64,000 nt of DNA, taken from positions 2,976,001 through 3,040,000 of the forward strand of contig NC_081331.1 of assembly GCF_022539665.2 (NCBI RefSeq). The letters run 5' to 3'. The position numbers were made by a program, and so were the translations under genes. The stretch is from Daphnia carinata. Taxonomy: Eukaryota. Under the pieces are notes generated by a model that saw only the letters and a program-made list of their open reading frames with translations, did not search any database and was not told the origin of the DNA. Each line of letters starts with the position of its first letter. Position 1 is the stretch's first letter. Shown here piece by piece: positions 46,197 through 58,900 of this stretch.

Positions 46197-48539
46197 CAAA
46201 TCAAAAATAAGCTTCATTTTTGTGATTTTAATTCAATTTTGAGTCGGATTCATGTATTTTTAACGATATCTTAATTTTGGTCAAAAATGAAAAAGTGAGA
46301 AGGCTATAGCCTTCCCACTTTTGTCAAAATCCGTAAAAAATTAAAACTCTTAGAATCCGATAAAAATCACGGAGAACAAGCGAAATTAAAAGCTGATTTC
46401 GATAAAGTGGTTTGTTTTTGCGTCAAATCAATCGTTTTTGCGTCAAATCAATCGTTTTTGAAATACACCAAATATTTAACACAACGCTAGCGTGCCAGTA
46501 CACGCCAGCGTAGCGTGCCAGTACACGCCAGCGCTAGCGCGATGCAGCTCAAATATTCGTTGTATTTAAAAAACGGTTGATCTAATGAAAAAAAAACCTA
46601 CATATTTGTGATTTTCGTTTGATTTTCAATTAAAGTAATGTATTTCTATAGCTATATTGAGATGTAAAAAAAAATTGAAAAAGTCGGGCTTATTTTGTCG
46701 GGCTTAATTTTTCTCCCGTTTTTTCGGTTTTTAAAAAAATCTATAAACCCAATGTAAAAATCAATTTAATTTTTATGATTCTTGCTTAATTTCGAATCGG
46801 AGTGATGTATTTTAAATCAAATCTAAATTTTGGCCAAAAATGAGAAAGTGAGAAGGCTATAGCCTTCCCACTTTTGTCAAAATTCGCAAAAAATAAAACC
46901 CTTAGAATCCGACAAAATCCACACCGTACAACCAAAATTAAACGCTGATTGCGATTTAGTGGTTTGTTTTGTCATCAAACGAATGGTTTTTTGAATAAAC
47001 GGAAACCAAATGCTGGTAGCGCACATATTTGGATTTGTTGTTTTTTACGGTTTATTCAAAAACTAGAAACGATATAAAAAAATAAGCGACATATTTGTGA
47101 TTCTCGTTCCATTTCAAATCAAAATCATGTATTTTTATAGATATATATAGATGTTTAGAAAAAAAAATTAGTAAGCGAAAAAGTCGGGCTTAACTTTGAG
47201 TACGGCAAAAATTCAATGTTGTAATTTTGACATCAAATTTGGTTTAAATAACCCTAAAATAAACGTTGATTTCGATAAAGTGGTTTGTTTTTGCGTCGAA
47301 TCTATCGTTTTTGAAATACACCGAATATTTAACCAAGTCACTAATGCGCCAGTACGCACCAGCGCTAGCGCGATGCAACTCAAATATGCCGTGTATTTCA
47401 AAAACGGTTGACCTAATGCAACAAAGAACGACATATTTGTGATTTTCGTTTAATTTCGAATCAAAGTCATGTATTTTATAGCTATATCTAGATGTAAAAA
47501 AAAATGAAAAAGTCGGGCCTATTTTTTTCGTCGGGCTTAATTTTTCTCCCGTTTTTTCCGTTTTTCTTTAAAGCTACGAGCCTAACGTAAAAGTAAACTT
47601 GATTTATGTGATTCTCGTTCAATTCTGAATCGGAATCATGTATTTTGAATCAAATTTATGTTTTGGCCAAAATTGAAAAAGTGAGAAGGTAAAACTTTTG
47701 TCAAAATCGGCAAAAAACGAAAACTCTTAGAATCCGATAAAAATCCCACTGTAGAATCCAAATTAAACGCTGATTTTGATAAAGTGCTTTATTTTCTCTT
47801 CAAACCAACCGGTTTTTCAATAAACGGAAACAAAATGTTGGTAGAAATACACCGAATATTGGCATAACGCTAGCGCGCCAGTACGCTTCAGCGGTAGCAC
47901 GATACAGCACAATTATTTATTGAGAAAAGAGTTGGTTTGACGAAAAACAACCACTTTATTGTTTGGTTGTGCAGTGTGATTTTTATCTGATTCTAAGAGT
48001 TTTCGTTTTTTGCCGATTTTGACAAAAGTGGGAAGGCTATAGCCTTCTCACTTTTTCATTTTTGGCCAAAACATAAATTTGACTCAAAATACATGATTCC
48101 GATTCAGAATTGAACGAGAATCACATAAATCAAGTTTATTTTTACGTTGGGCTTGTAGCTTTCAAGAAAAACAGAAAAAACGGGAGAAAAATTAAGCCCG
48201 ACGAAAAAAAATAAGCCCGACTTTTTCATTTTTTTTTTACATCTAGATATAGCTATAAAATACATGACTTTGATTCAAAATTAAACGAAAATCACAAATA
48301 TGTCGTTGTTTTTTGCATTAGGCCAACCGTTTTTGAAATACACCGCATATTTGAGCTGCATCGCCCTAGCGCTGGTGCGTACTGGCGCATTAGCGACGGT
48401 TAAATATTCGGTGTATTTCAAAAACGATAAATTTGACGCAAAAACAAACCACTTTATCGAAATCAACGTTTATTTTAGGTTAATTTAAACCAAATTTGAT
48501 GTAAAAATTACAACATTGAATTTTTTCCGTACTCAAAAT

Positions 48540-48592
48540 TAAGCCCGAGAAAATAAGCCCGAGAAAATAAGCCCCCGAGAAAATAAGCCCGA
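48540..48592. repeat. Four tandem copies of the 13-bp unit TAAGCCCGAGAAAA
   Basis: Directly visible. It is the reverse complement of the TCGGGCTTA motif found at 45927, 46684, 46698, 47184 and 47531. Confidence 0.9.
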
Positions 48593-51277
48593 CTTTTTCG
48601 CTCATTTAATTTTTTTTTCAAAACACCTAGATATAGCTATAAAAATGCATAAATTTAATTCGAAATTAAACGAAAATCACAAGTATGTCGTTTATTTTTT
48701 TTTCTAGGGCTTATAGTTTTTGAATAAATGGTTACAGACAACAAACTCAACTATGTGCGCTACCAGCATTTTAACTCCGTTTATTGAAGAAACAGTTGGT
48801 CTGAAGAGACAACGAGCCACTTTATAGAAATCAGCGTTAAATATGTTGTATATAAACTGATGCAGCGCAAATATTCGGTGGTCATCGATCGGAAACCTGT
48901 GGTCATCGGTTGTTCTAGTTTCAATGTTGTCTGGGGCGTTTTCTGACCAATAAAAAGATACCCCACGAAAAGGCATCGCAAAATAAAGAATCCGTAGACC
49001 TGTAGTAAGACTGAAAGGATAAAAATTACGTAGTACATCTAACTCCTTAAAATGTTGGTCTAATAGTAATAGCGGACATAACAGTTTGTGATCTTCTTAA
49101 AACGAAATTCTCGTTTCTACAAGAAAAATTTTATAATCAAAAAGCTTTTTAAGTAAAAGAACAAATGATTACATTTCTAAACAACGCACATTTGAATTGC
49201 CATTTAAATGTTTTGTAATTCAGGCGATGGAGTCCCGTTTTTGCATCTTCGCAACATAAAGTTGTCTGTTTTTTTCTTTTTTTGCTGCTCTGAAAGGGTT
49301 TCGTGGTATCGACCGATCTCGCTTGTACACAGTACATTGGTCGTTGCGGCTGAAATGGTGGATCGATAAGAAAAACTCTGGTCTATTTTTCTTTTGGTAG
49401 GAAGTACGATTTCAGGCCGCCACCAAACACAACAGTAACATCATAAAAAAACATGGAATATTCCCTCAACTTTTTTCTCTTTTCTTCCAAACATTTATAT
49501 TTTTGCTGATCCTTACTTAGCGTGTGTGCCTATGCGTTTGGTTATTTTTTTCCTTCAGTGTGTGGTCCCTCATTTTGGTCAGTCTGGCTTGGAGAGGATA
49601 TGTATCGTCCGGAAATGAACCTCCCTTTTTTACTCCTCCCATATAGTCGCTATCTGTCCTTTTGTGTTCTGTAGCAACAAAAAGGAAAGAAGGGGAAAAG
49701 AAAAAGTTCGAGTTCATCCAAAGGCACAACTTCCGGGGCCACTTTTGCTAGTTACGAGATGCTGCTTAGCGTACCAGAAGCGAGTCCAGCATTATCGATT
49801 AATGTTGCAGTTGTAATTTGAAACGTTCATCCGGATGGACCAGTTTGTGTGCGTTGTAAATTAAGTGTCCTCTGTCGCGGTCGGTCAAATCCTACTTACA
49901 TTTCTTTTGGTGATTTAAAATATAGCGTCTATGCTAATTGTTACATGCTGAACAAATTTTTAAAAGGGACATTTTACCATAATCTTTTTGTTCAGGGGCT
50001 TGCCTCAGCTGCAGCGGGTTTACCTTTTCTTTATTGCGTTACTATCAGTTGGACGCAAGCGGATGATTGTAGCACAGAGTTGTCCACTTGCTTTGCAACT
50101 TTGTGGGCATAAAGCTTATTCGTTTCTCGGAACAAACTGTCACAACTTGAGAACTTGAAACATTCATCCAAAAAACATGCTACGAAAAACTTATCTTCAA
50201 TATCCTATACGTCTTAAATTGCCGTTCTACAAATTAACTTGAGTTAAAAACATAAAGCGAAATTTTTACGGAAATACTTACAGACATTTAACGAATAACA
50301 CGACCTCTTGGCTTGACGATTCCGGTCGAGGAAGAAGAAGGTTGAATAGTGAAATAAAGTTTTCACACGAAGGCATTTCAAAATAGAAGCTGCACAATCC
50401 TGTTTGAATGTTTTTTTTTTGTATTATTGATTTTCACGTAGCTCGTCGAAAATTTTACATACCGAGGATTGAGTATGATGTGTTTATGTACAAGCAGCAC
50501 AAACGTCGTACAGACCGTAGTACACAAGAAACAAACAAAAACTGGGAAACAAGAAATTATAGTAAAAAGATCGATATATATACTATATACTCAATTGTTT
50601 TACCATCGTAGCAACACAGTGGTCACATTCATTTTGACACAGGGATTTAAGAAAAATGAGATCAAATAATTTTTTTTCTGTCTTTAAAAACTTTTCGTCT
50701 TGACTTTTGATGGTCCGTGTTTGACGCTATTTTTCGGACTTTTTACACTTAACTTTCACAAAAGAAAAGTTGTGGTGGGCTGCTGACTTGGTGCAAAAGA
50801 CTTTGGGTGGTACATGCTATGCATGTGATATTGTATACTTACCTCTTTGTCTATTTTTCCCGTATTCTATGTTGCAAGAGTCACAAGAGAAAGCGATGGA
50901 ATCAGAAAGGTTTACAATCACCTTTCAACAATTGAATATGATAATGGATTTGTGTACATACCTCTTGCGAGCAGTGGCATGCGATCATTGAGAGTTTGAC
51001 GATACACAAACAATACCTGACGTCGTTCCTTCTTTTTTTGCGTTACATCTGCTGACACTTGTATTGAGAAAGTTGACAGGTACAAATGCCAAACTTGAGA
51101 GACTTGGTAATTGTACGTACCAAGATTCTGAAAGATGAGATCGTTGCGAAACAGGAGGAAAGAAAATGGAAAACAACAACAAAAAATAGGCAAGAAACAT
51201 ACAGAGAGAGAGATGGTGGTAAATGTTGGGAAAAGACAATATCGTTTAAAGTTTTTTAAAATTCTTTTTCTATAGCT

Positions 51278-54200
51278 TTACACGACACTCTCACGCTTGT
51301 TGGCACCAGCCGAGTGACTAGACGTTTCCCGTCGAAGAAAATCGTGCGATTGGCGGAAGGCTTTAGGCATTGTATCGCTCCACAACACGTGCGGTTTTTT
51401 CGCTTCTACTGGCGTCGCAGCAGCAGCTAAAGTCGATGAGGATCCCATACCGAAACCTTTGTACGACCGCGGTAGAGTGGCAGGTCCGAAATCACACGAC
51501 CCTGTTGAGATTAAAAGAAATGTCTCGCTAATCGTATGTCGTTGAAACGGTGAAACGTGAGATGCTACCGATTATGGGAGGCGGAATGATGTCCGGACTG
51601 CGCAGCTCTAGCGAACTGTCCGTCGTGTACGGAGGCGTGATGAGACCGGCTTCGATCGACTGTTGCTGCGTCATCATCACGTTCGGCGGCGGCGGTGGAG
51701 GCGGCGGAGTTTGCGAAGATGGTGGCGGCTCGCCGACCGGCCAGCCGAGTTGCGTCGTGTGGCAAAACATTTGATTCTTCCAGTGATCCGGTTCGATTCT
51801 CGAAACAAACACAGGGCCACCGGGGTCGATGTTGCAGTCGACGTTATCCATCAGCGGTTTGAGCGATTGCGATCGGGGATTCACACCTCCGCCTCGTGCT
51901 GATTTCGAGATAGTCGACGCACCGCCTGCTGTTCCGTTTGTTTGATTGTTGGTCGCTTCCGAACGGAGTAGAATTCCGTTGGCTGTGCCATCATTATTGG
52001 CGGCTGCCTGGGCTTCTCGTAGGCACTGGCGTCGCAAGAATACCACCACTATGACGCCAGCTATGCAAAGCAATATGACGACGCCGGTCAGAATCCCCAG
52101 CGTTGGTGTCAGTATTGAGCTACTGGGACGCGGTTCTGTTAAGAAAAAAAAATCACGAAAAACACGAGTAACACGACGTCAGAAATGAACATAAAACCAA
52201 TTATAATTAACACGCGAGTTGATGCCAGTTCTTATAATGTTGAGGTTTTTTAACACGGTTCTCGAATGACGGCTAGCTTTAAAAAGCCGTCAACTCACGC
52301 TACACTATTAGAACTGCCTAGATCGGCATAAAAGAATGAACTCCTTTGAATGGCAAGCCATAAAGACCGAGCAACACGGCGGAATGGGAAAAAGTTGCAG
52401 GATATGATAGGTGGGCCCTGTGCGCATACGGATGTGTGAACAGAGTCCCCAGACAATCCCGCGGGATCGAATCGGCTCTCTACAGTGTGCGTGTCTATAG
52501 TTATACATCTAGCTTTTGTGGCAGTGCACACTGGGGGCGACAGTCAATTCCGTATTTCTTTTTGGTAGGCAGACACAAGAAAAAAGAAAAAAAAATGGGG
52601 AAGAATAACAACAAGTAGAGGCGACGTTGCCGACTTATTACATCAGCAATTCCATCAATAAGGCAGTCCACATCAGGATAATAAAAAAATAAAAAGGTAA
52701 AGAATAAGGAAAAGAAATCGAACCTGACGACTTGCCTGGTTTGACCTCTAGCTGTCGCTCTGGCTCTTTGAGTGTGGATATCTCGACGATGACGTCTTCG
52801 CTCTTGCCCTTTGCGTTGATAGAGGCAATGGACGCCTTGTAGCGCATGTTGGTCTTGAGGCTCGACAGTAAGAAGAGCGGTTCGGCGAAGACCTGGTGGA
52901 GAACCAGGCGGCCTGATGAGTTGCTCTCCTCGTAGAAGTGGAGCGAGAAATTCTGCGGCAGTCCACCGTGAAAGCCCGCCTGGCAGGCGATCAAGATGGC
53001 ATCGCTCGAGTGATTCGATACTGTGCAGTTGAAGACCGGTTCCGGCGGACCTGATACAAACAGTTATGCGTGAATACAGCACAGTCTGGACTATGGACGA
53101 ACAGCAAATGATGACAAACTTTGCTCACGGGCATCCCGGGTTAAAATGTTTGCTTATACATCTTAGAAAATATGCTATGTTTACGTCCTGTTCAACTGTC
53201 ACTCACCTGCGGTCAGAATGTGGAAGACGCACGGCTCGTTCTGGGTGCCGGCCGCGTTTGTGGCGAAGCACAGAAGCGTACCGTAGTCAAGCGAGGCCAG
53301 TGGCTTGTAGGTCAGGACGCTGGCCGACGGACTGTTGTTGTAGCGGCTTCGGGGTACTTCTATAGTTTCGGCCGAGTTGTTGAAGAACCATTTGTATCCA
53401 AGTTCCGTACTGGGGTTGGCTTCCACCTGACAGGCGATTTCCACATTCTCGGCCCGCGAGACGCCAAAGTAGCGCGTCAATCCCGGCTTGCAGACGGGCG
53501 CATCTGTTTTATTTATCGTTTGATCAAGACGACATGAAAATTTGAATTTTTCTTTTAAAATTAAAACCGTGATTTAAACTTACATTTGATATCGAGGAAG
53601 ATGCGCTGGCTTTCTGCTTGGCCTTCAACATTAAACGCGTGACACGAAATGTTTCCAGCCATGGAACGACCGACATTCTGCAATACTAGACTCTGATTGG
53701 TGATGATGACATTAGCCGATGTGTTGTGCACTAATTTAATGCCCTAAACAAGCAAAATAAATGAGGACGTGATGACTGACAGACGATGAAAAAAAAAAAA
53801 AAAAAAAAGAAGTTTAATTTTCAATACATCTCTTCTCCATTCGATGCGGCTGGCGGGTGGACGGGCATCAACATGGCAGTCGAAGTAGACGTCGTCCCCG
53901 GCTTTGATGCCCTCGGCGTTCAGCGACCGTCCCATGGCAAGGCTCACGTTAGGCGGATCTGTAATCGAATCACACACATCCTCTGGATCAGCCATTGTAT
54001 GTATCAGCTGCAATGCAGCCGCCACGAGGACGAAAATCACAACAACAAAAAAAAAAGCCAAACTAAAGAGGAACTAAACGAGAAAAATAAACTAAGGAGA
54101 GGAGGGGAAAAAAATCAATGGTCTTTTCATAGATTTTTTTTTACATATATACTTCGCTTCAGCTCCCCTTTTTTTCTTCAAGTTTTAACAGCCGCGTTCA

Positions 54201-54399
54201 TGGAACCAAAGTTCGCCTACGTTTTTTTTCGTCTGGTAACCGAAGTAGATCAACTTTTCTTCTTTGAGATCCCACCCTCACTTTAACATACAGTAAAAAA
54301 AGAAAAAGTATTCTTCAATCCCCATAGTCCGCGAGGTCCATGTTGAGCTGTTTAAAGCTAACCTCCCTAAGCCTTTTTTTTTTCCAGGCCCACAGACTT

Positions 54400-54430
<31 letters not shown>

Positions 54431-55934
54431 CCCTATAAGCTTTTTCCACTGAACAGCCAAAGAAATAAACGTGCACAGCCGTCCTGTACACACACAGTCA
54501 ACATACGATAAAACCGGAGGGGAAAAAAAAGTAAGGAGAATTTAAATAAGAAAGAAAAATACTCGTCCACACAAAAAGAAGAAAATCTTCAAAGAAAAAC
54601 GAAAATGACACACGTTGGGACCTTTAGGGAATGTCCCGAGCTCCAAAATTGCCCTTGCTGCACCGCCTCCTCGATGCCCAATTCTCTTCTTCTTTCCATA
54701 TTCTTTTATTTTTTTTTCCCTTGCAGTGCACGACTGGAATTCGCTAGTTCCATACTGATGGATACATACGTATAGTGCCACATATACATACACGCGTTCA
54801 ATTTATTTAACGCCGCTAGTGTGTAAATAGGACAAGCGAATCTACGTTTTTAAACGAGATTGCAACGCAAAATAGATGAGCATCGTTCTTTGCGAACTGC
54901 TGGAACATTGACTTACAGCACGGCACGAGACATTGAAAAAGTTGACGACCAAAGTATAGGCGGATCAAGTAGTAGACGATAGAACCGTATGCTTAACAAT
55001 AAAGGCAATCGTAAAAAAAAGGATGCAAGTCGGTGCGCAGAGATGGATCGATATGACTGCAAACCTCAAACCATAAAAGCGGAGACGTTTGGACGAAGAA
55101 AGAAAAAAATGTTTCCCCCTTCAATCTGTTATTTGTGTTTTTATTTTTGTTCTATGCGTTTCCATATTCAGAACTGAAAATCGTCGCTTAGAGACGAAAA
55201 GAATATTATCGACCTGCTCATTATTCCAGCTATAAAACTATTTATTCGATCCAATAAAAAACGAAAAAAAGCCGATGACTTAAAAACGTCAAGGAACTCC
55301 GCAAGACATTCGGGAACGATTCCAAAAGTATTTCATTGCAAATATTAACGAACGAAATACATCATGGCAAATGTGAAAGGTAAGATAGATATTGTTTGCG
55401 AAATGTTGCCTTTGCCCTTCCATTGGAAGAAGAGAAAAACGTGACTTGACTAGACAATTTCCTATTAGATAAAGTTATCTAGATGGTGCGTCCTTCACAA
55501 CGACCTGATACTACTATCAAAGGGAACAGTGTAACTTGTTTCTTCTTTAATAAAGAGACCAGTGCTGCACTTGAAAATATTTTCCCCTGGAATTCGGAGT
55601 CATTCGAGTTCTACTGGCTCGGTATTGCTTGTCTGCGCCATTGATCCCGTTCGCCTCTCTTTGAATCTCTCGTTTTCTCCCCGTCATATTTCATAAAGTT
55701 ACGTCAAATCATTGAAAACGGAACCATTTTTTTCGAAAAACTTTTGACTCGCACGTGCTGCTCGTGGACTATGAAATAAATGCAAGAAAAGAAGGAGAAA
55801 AAAAAAGGTGCGTGTACGGCAACCGGGAGCTTTCACGCTCAGATTGAAAAATGATCGATGAAGCTTAACATCTTGCAAAAGAGCCAAAGTATTTCAATCA
55901 AAGTTCCTTGGGTTGTTCATTTCATTTCATTTCA

Positions 55935-55972
<38 letters not shown>

Positions 55973-58900
55973 GGCCGCATTCACTGCGACGGGACCATTA
56001 GCGAATAAAATTTTGTAAAAGAAGATTTTTAAAAGCAGCCACGAATGGAACTTTTCCCTCTTTTTTTTCTCGCTTGAAATGGTGGCGTTCTACGAGTTTT
56101 TACTACGATTCAACGTATTTTTATTCAGCCGCCAAGGCGGCGGATGCGGAAATCAGACGTGTCGTTATTTCACTCTCTTTCTGCTTCGTTTTTTTTTTTT
56201 TTCTGTGCGTGTTCTGTCGAGGATCCGTACTCGCCTATTGTGCACTCGCTTTCATCTCGGCCGGCAACACGTGCGGCAAAATAAAAAGAGAAATTCACGG
56301 TTAAATAAAAATTCAAGGAGAACTCAAAACCAGAACTAGTTTTCCCCTGAAATGTTAGCGCATATCCACGTGCGTATATCCTTCACTAGAGGCACCGTTG
56401 CCAAGTGAATGTACTACCTAACGTCGTTTTACGTAAGACGTCAATAGCGTCGAAAGGGATACGAATCTAACGGTGACAACCCCCCCAATTGTGGCAAAAC
56501 AGGAGAAAATGAAAAGATTTGACAATGGGGTATGGAGATGAAACGCAACGGTAAATACGAGAAGAATTGGAAATAGGATTATCGGTTTAGCAAGAAGGAT
56601 GGCGACAAATCGAATGGACTTACAGCTCAAATTGACGTTCCACGTGTCCTCCATGACGATGGTGTCCAGGTATGGGTTGATGGCACGGCATGTGATTCGG
56701 CTGTTCGTCTCTGTCTTGGCCAGCATAAGGTCCAACACGCTAATAGCCACGCTGCCATTGATCGATAAGGTCTACGTGGCGGTGGTAGGGAAAGAAAAGA
56801 AGAGGCCACATATCGTTCAATCCTTTCAACAGCGATATTGACATTCAATACACGGACGGAGTCAATCGCTTCGTCTTCATTGTTGACAATTGCAGTCTCG
56901 TTTACCGTCAAAAATAGAGAGCGAAAAAGAAAACAGTCGTTATACCTGGTTGTAAGCAGAGGGATCCAACAGCACATCGTTTTTCCACCATGTAATTTTC
57001 GGTATAGGACGCGAACCGGTGACGTGACACGGTAACGAAAACGGTTTCCCCACCGCTGGATTCCTCTCACCAATCACGATGGATACCGACAGCGGTGGAA
57101 CTATTCCATTTCAATAATAAGAAGAACATCAGGCGGATAATTGGGCAAAAAAAAAAAAAAAAAAAGGGTCGACCGTAGTGCAACCAACAGCGAAGACGGA
57201 TGATGGTTAAAGTTTGCACAGGGTCCAAAAGGCCGGTGCAATTATTGGTTATACTTAAGTTGGTGTGGACGTATATACACGGCCAGAAAAGTCAGGGGAA
57301 TAGAGACGTCCCCAAAGATTCGGGACACGGAAAACATTGAAAGTCTGGAACACAGTAGGAAAACATTGGGCAAGGCAACAAGGACCGCATTATCCACTCG
57401 GTCGAGCGCAAACTGAGTTCCTCACCGCGCAATGTCCCAGTAAACGAATCGACCATACTCTTTGGTGGAAAGAAAAAAGGACGATGCTGCTGGCCAGTTT
57501 TCGATTAAATATTGTCGCCGACTTCACTTGTTTTTCCAGTCTGAGCCATCTCGGCCGCGTGATTCAATTGAATGCGGTTGTGTTCACACATCACCCATCA
57601 ACGGGCACTCATTCGTTGGCTCTTTTCAGTGGGACTCTTTCGTTTCCCTGTCCAGCAAAACATCACCGGACCTAAGTTTTTCTTTTTTCTGAGTACCATC
57701 GGACGTGCTTTGCTGGACGGACAAACTGAAACGGTGACGCGATAATTGCATCATGTCTCGAGAGATGTGTTTGTTTTTCCAGTAACTGCGTCGGTGCATT
57801 ACGGGGCATAAGAGGTTCAGACAGACTTACGTTCCATATCGACGTCGAAGGACTGCTCCAGAGGCCGGCCTCGTTCCGAATTGGAAGCAGAACAAGTCAG
57901 CGTCATTGGCCAATCCGAGCGCTTTAATGGAGGAAGAAGAAGAGTGCTACGAATTCTTTCCGGCTCACTAGATTCCATCTGGCCGGGCACAGTGATGCGA
58001 TTGCGACGCCAAGTGATGACTGGAATGGGCAAACCTGCATAAAAACAATCATTAATTAATTTTTTTTCCTTTAAATGTAATTAATTAATAACCCTAAAAA
58101 GAACTTTTAAACATTTTCTTATTGATTCTAAACTTCCTTCAAATACGGAAACGGGGGTGTCTTGGATAGAATTATGTTAATCGGCACACAGAAAATGGAA
58201 GGAAAAAAGTTCTGATCAGAACACGTGCGTTGCTCTCATCTTTATTTTTTAAAAACCATTTGTTTTCGCGATGATGTTATAACGATCGAAAACACTCGAA
58301 CGATGGTGAAATAACCAGAAGCCGTGAAAACACGTCCGAAGGAGGGACGACTCATTTCCTCGACGAGTTACAAGCCATTCTCTTTTGTAAGCTTGCTCGA
58401 TTGGAACACGACACATCCACCGACTGATTGATTGATCAAGAGCCTGACGTGGATAAAAGGGAAAACCTTGATCGGCTGCCAAATACAAAATGATGCCAAC
58501 ACACGTCTCCATTTACTCGTTAAAAAATTGCTTTAAAATGCATCATTTAATTGCGACACACAAACAAATAAAGGAAAAATAAAAACTTTAAAGCTGAACG
58601 GCACCAAGCGAATCACATCACAGTTTTGCGGAATTCAAAAGAAAAAAGACGCGAGGGTCAGCGGTAACACACTTTGAAAATGAGATATCAATCGCTTTAG
58701 TTTGATTTCGGAGAACTGTTTCTACTGGTGTTGTCACGCTATTACGTAACCGGCCCAAACGCTTGCACGTATAAATCGGATAACGCTTTATACATCAAAT
58801 AAGCTTTGTTCTCTTACAATTTAATGCGCAATTTATGTCTTTGCCCTGTAAACAGGGCCGAAAATTTTGTGTTACCCTGTTTTTAGTACGTAGACGCTCC

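Larger units (their letters stand above)
45898..48840. mobile_element. Foldback-type non-coding repeat: direct modular repeats plus a long inverted repeat
   Basis: Arms approx. 46940-47824 and 47916-48840 are reverse complements with a spacer of about 90 bp. Related direct copies extend left to about 45900. TCGGGCTTA subrepeats and a 32-bp palindrome recur. No transposase ORF is seen. The repeat itself is certain; the transposon origin is inferred. Confidence 0.7.

Noticed and set aside
47196..48488. Paired similar ORFs (MSFFVALGQPFLKY.../MSLFFALGQPFLKY...)
   Set aside because: They are by-products of the inverted repeat, with no recognisable protein motif.
48540..48592. Regular short repeats resembling a CRISPR array
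   Set aside because: They are tandem with no unique spacers, in a eukaryotic context with no cas genes.
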